This document shows positions 37,036-39,943 of a DNA stretch of 39,943 nucleotides, piece by piece. Source of the stretch: Armatimonadota bacterium (GTDB lineage Bacteria; Armatimonadota; UBA5829; DTLH01); NCBI GenBank assembly GCA_039680575.1, contig JBDKSP010000014.1, positions 1 to 39,943 on the forward strand, written 5' to 3'. The notes under the pieces were generated by a model. It saw only the letters and a program-made list of their open reading frames with translations, had not been told where the DNA came from and did not search any database. The stretch's first letter is position 1. Every line of letters starts with the position of its first letter. The translations under genes were made by a program, and so were the position numbers.

Positions 37036-37413
37036 ATGATGGAATTAGGGCGTTTGCCTGAATTACGTATTAAGCTGGCCCGGTTTAGAAATATCAGGCC
37101 TGCAGTTGAGAAATATATGCTGTTTATCACGGTCCTTGTTGCGGCGCTTGCAGTGGCCTGCTCAGTCGTTGCCTTTTCTTCGAATAATGCCGCATCGGCG
37201 GGCACGGTTCGCGTGACGGTCCACCAGGGTGACAGCCTGTGGACTTTTGCCAGTCAGTATGGCAATCCCAACGAGTATATACTCAAGAGAGTACACAGGA
37301 TAGCGAGAATAAACAACATAAAAACGAGCCGCCCGCTTGAACCAGGCGAGGAACTGATCATCCCATGCGAGCGGAAAACAGTCTGTGCTTCAACAAACAG
37401 GCAAATGCCTTGA
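37036..37413 (+). CDS. membrane-anchored LysM-domain protein (YneA-like)
   Basis: One TM helix, then VTVHQGDSLWTFA…IARINNI…LEPGEELIIP. Confidence 0.85.
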   Translation: MMELGRLPELRIKLARFRNIRPAVEKYMLFITVLVAALAVACSVVAFSSNNAASAGTVRVTVHQGDSLWTFASQYGNPNEYILKRVHRIARINNIKTSRPLEPGEELIIPCERKTVCASTNRQMP

Positions 37414-37419
37414 ATAGTA

Positions 37420-37520
37420 TTCAGCTATCAGCTTTCAGCCGTCAGCAGGAAAGCTTTTGGAATGTTTTAGCACGGATTTTGTTTGCATGATAAAAAGCTG
37501 ATTGCTGAAGGCTTGAAGCT
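37420..37520. repeat. inverted pair of heptamer tandem tracts
   Basis: tcagcta-tcagctt-tcagccg-tcagc … gctgatt-gctgaag-gct. Confidence 0.55.
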
Positions 37521-37534
37521 CCGGAGCGAAGATT

Positions 37535-39208
37535 GTGAGGGTTTGTAACCGGCTAATGGCGGCTGCGATATTCAGCGCGTTTTTTGCGCTGTATATCGCC
37601 ACTCCTACCAGCAGCTATACCTTCGACGCGGTCAACTATGGGCACATGATCCGGCTTTCGCAGACATCCGGGCCGCTTCCGCTGTTTCATCCGCACCACA
37701 TCCTGTTTAACAGCCTTGGACTCATTACCTGGAAGACGCTCGGTTTCCTGTACCCCGGTATCGATCCTCTGATGGCGCTTCAGGTAATGAACTCCTTCAC
37801 AGGGGCGCTTGGGCTTGCCGTTCTCTTCCTGGTTTTGAGGAGGCTGCTTGCGGATACAGCGTCGGATGGCTCCGCATGGTGGCCGTCCACTGCTGTGGCG
37901 GCAGCAGCCACGGCTGCGGTCGGGTTGACCTTCGGCTGGTGGGTGGCGAGCACTGACGGAAGGCCATATATCCCCCCGATGACTGCGGTTTTGGGAGCGT
38001 TTTATTTCGCTTACCTGACCGTACGGACCGCCTCCGGCTGGTCGGCTGCCGGAATGGGGCTAATGATCGCGGTTGCCACACTGCTTCATCAGAGCCACGC
38101 GCTTTTTCTTGTTGTCGGCGCTGCGGCCATTATAATCTCTCCCACACTGCTCAGGGAAAAGCTTAGGCTGTCGGTTATCGCAATTGGCGTGTTCCTGATC
38201 GTAACACTCATCCCCTATACCGTGGTTTTCAGGCTGCGGGAAACGCAGACGGTCTCGGAAGCGGTAAACTGGGCGCTCACTTACGCCAAATTGGGAGTCT
38301 GGTGGAACTTCGATGTCCTGGGCAACATCGATGCCGATCTTTCGGGCTTAAGACATGCGTTTTTAGCCGATATAACCGCAAAATCGGCCTATATACCGTT
38401 TTTATCCGCCCTAATAGGGCATGCGGTGATCCTTTTTGCATCTGCATTTGTGGTTCTCGGACTGCTGGACGGAACGATGGGGCATATCCGGCGCCACCAT
38501 ACACCCAGGACGAGGCGGGTCTACATACTCGACGGCATCAAGGGAGGCTCATTCGGCGCACCGCCCAATCCGCTTTATGTGTTCAATGTGCTAGCGCTCG
38601 TCTGGGTCGTCAGTTATTCGGCGTTCTTCACGGTGTGGACTCCGGGTTATTTCGTATTCTGGATCCCCGTAGCGGCGGCATGGGTGATGCTCCTTACAGT
38701 GAACGGCTCAGCGCGGCGCGATAGAAGGTTTACGTTCGGATTGGCCTCACTGGCTGCTCTCTGCTTCGCCGCAGCGAACCTTTGGCTCTACGTGCTGCCC
38801 AGGATGCCGGTGGAATCCAACCCGTCGATCGTGATAGCGCGGAAGATACGGGAAAGTACGCCTCCCAAGTCGCTCGTGATCGTCACGGGGATGGGTTACA
38901 TCGCCGATATGGAGGTCTATATCCCGTATTTCGGCAAGCGGGAGACCATATCGCTCCACCAGACGATGCTCCGTCACGGCGGCGAGGGCATAGACCGGCT
39001 TCAGCGGAAGATACGCGGCGAGCTTTCGGAAGGAAACCATGTGTACGTGCTCGGCGAGGTCTTCGATTCCCCGAAAGCCTGGCGGGAGTTGACTGGGCGC
39101 TACGGACTGAAAAAGCAGGATGTCCGCGCTGCGCTCATCCCTTTTCGACCGGTAAAGCGCTTTCGAGTCTCCGACCAGCCAGTCTACGAGCTGCGGGGCA
39201 GCCGCTGA
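37535..39208 (+). CDS. multi-pass membrane protein, GT-C / ArnT-like glycosyltransferase
   Basis: About 11 TM helices, first-loop motif TFDAVNY…HPHHILF, soluble C-terminal domain. Confidence 0.7.
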   Translation: MRVCNRLMAAAIFSAFFALYIATPTSSYTFDAVNYGHMIRLSQTSGPLPLFHPHHILFNSLGLITWKTLGFLYPGIDPLMALQVMNSFTGALGLAVLFLVLRRLLADTASDGSAWWPSTAVAAAATAAVGLTFGWWVASTDGRPYIPPMTAVLGAFYFAYLTVRTASGWSAAGMGLMIAVATLLHQSHALFLVVGAAAIIISPTLLREKLRLSVIAIGVFLIVTLIPYTVVFRLRETQTVSEAVNWALTYAKLGVWWNFDVLGNIDADLSGLRHAFLADITAKSAYIPFLSALIGHAVILFASAFVVLGLLDGTMGHIRRHHTPRTRRVYILDGIKGGSFGAPPNPLYVFNVLALVWVVSYSAFFTVWTPGYFVFWIPVAAAWVMLLTVNGSARRDRRFTFGLASLAALCFAAANLWLYVLPRMPVESNPSIVIARKIRESTPPKSLVIVTGMGYIADMEVYIPYFGKRETISLHQTMLRHGGEGIDRLQRKIRGELSEGNHVYVLGEVFDSPKAWRELTGRYGLKKQDVRAALIPFRPVKRFRVSDQPVYELRGSR

Positions 39209-39305
39209 ATTAATCATTGCGTCGTCATTATGGAGCGCAATTGCAAATCGCGCTCCAACTACATTAGGCTATTCGTTTATGGCACCTGCCCTGATAGGCC
39301 GTTTA

Positions 39306-39787
39306 TCACTTTCTGTTACTTCTCTTGGTTCTGGCCTCGGTGGCGGAGGTGATGTTGTCGATGGTGGCGACTGGACTGGTTTCGGATTTTCCTCTGGACA
39401 CACTATGTTTATTCACCTCCTTTTGCTCTATTCCGACTAAATGCACATTCTGGATGTCGGAACGCGATTTCTCGACTCTGTAGGCTGGATAGGATATCAA
39501 AAATATGAAAACTATTGCAGCCCAAATAGTAAGCTTCTTTGTTTTGCTCAACCATAGAACCTTATCGTCATTATGCTTTGCATTAATGCTTGCACATTCA
39601 ATAAAATGACCTGTCAGAGTTTGTCGCATTTCCCTAATAAGCGAGTACTCTATGGCAGAACCTGTGTTTTGATTGCACCATTCCTTCCAATCATCCGAAT
39701 ACTTTGCCAACTTTTCAGCATAAGGCAAATGCCTATACTTGCGATCGATATAATAAGCGCGCCTAAGAGCAAACAGTGCAACTACTA
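39306..39787 (-). pseudogene. 3' part of a hypothetical membrane-protein gene interrupted by IS630
   Basis: The frame of ORF 39306-39728 stays open (VVALFALRRAYYIDRKYRHLPYAEK…) up to the TA at the IS boundary. Confidence 0.7.
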
Positions 39788-39943
39788 GTGCTCTGTAAAG
39801 TTAATTATATATCATTGCTGGATAGAGCCTCTTGAGCTTGATTCTTGCGTCTTTTGTTCTGAACTGCCAGTCAATGGTCGTAGGCGACTGATTCCGATCC
39901 CGGTTGTATGCAACAACTTCCCGGGTTAACGTGTCTATATCAG
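39788..39943 (-). mobile_element. IS630-family element, right end (continues beyond the window)
   Basis: Minus-strand frame ending at stop 39801-39803 reads …LTREVVAYNRDRNQSPTTIDWQFRTKDARIKLKRLYPAMIYN*, the typical IS630 C-terminus; end sequence TA|GTGCTCTGTAAAG with a TA target. Confidence 0.88.

Noticed and set aside
39230..39256. Hairpin tggagcgcaattgcaaatcgcgctcca
   Set aside because: Probably an ordinary REP-like or terminator stem between convergent genes; single copy in the window

Overview
A ~40 kb bacterial chromosomal segment. It combines an outer-membrane TonB-dependent receptor with a Firmicutes-like smc, fliW-csrA and ahbC gene set, which suggests a diderm Terrabacteria lineage such as Armatimonadota (inference only). 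Housekeeping content: a giant TPR protein, tRNA-Met, smc, an ABC exporter, rluD, maa, a STAS protein, a DivIC-like protein, an AraC regulator, a GH130 phosphorylase, fliW-csrA, a D-cysteine desulfhydrase-family enzyme, cobA/hemD-ahbC-hemB and glycosyltransferases. The ORF track misses several signals. (1) A ~200-nt multi-stem candidate ncRNA that I cannot assign lies upstream of rluD, with a sigmaH-like promoter and a terminator. (2) A c-di-GMP module comprises a c-di-GMP-I riboswitch with a readable OFF-type expression platform controlling a probable unannotated 60-aa ORF, a sigma54-preceded REC-PilZ protein, a Cys-rich mini-protein and a degenerate GGDEF (KDDEF) membrane protein. (3) An AT-rich islet holds a decayed RHS core, a frameshifted membrane gene and a WD40 gene, separated by related hairpins. 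(4) There are two copies of a ~184-bp GTAA-ended MITE carrying REP-like palindromes. (5) A candidate CU-rich small RNA has an ECF-like promoter. (6) An IS630 end at the right edge interrupts a membrane-protein gene.
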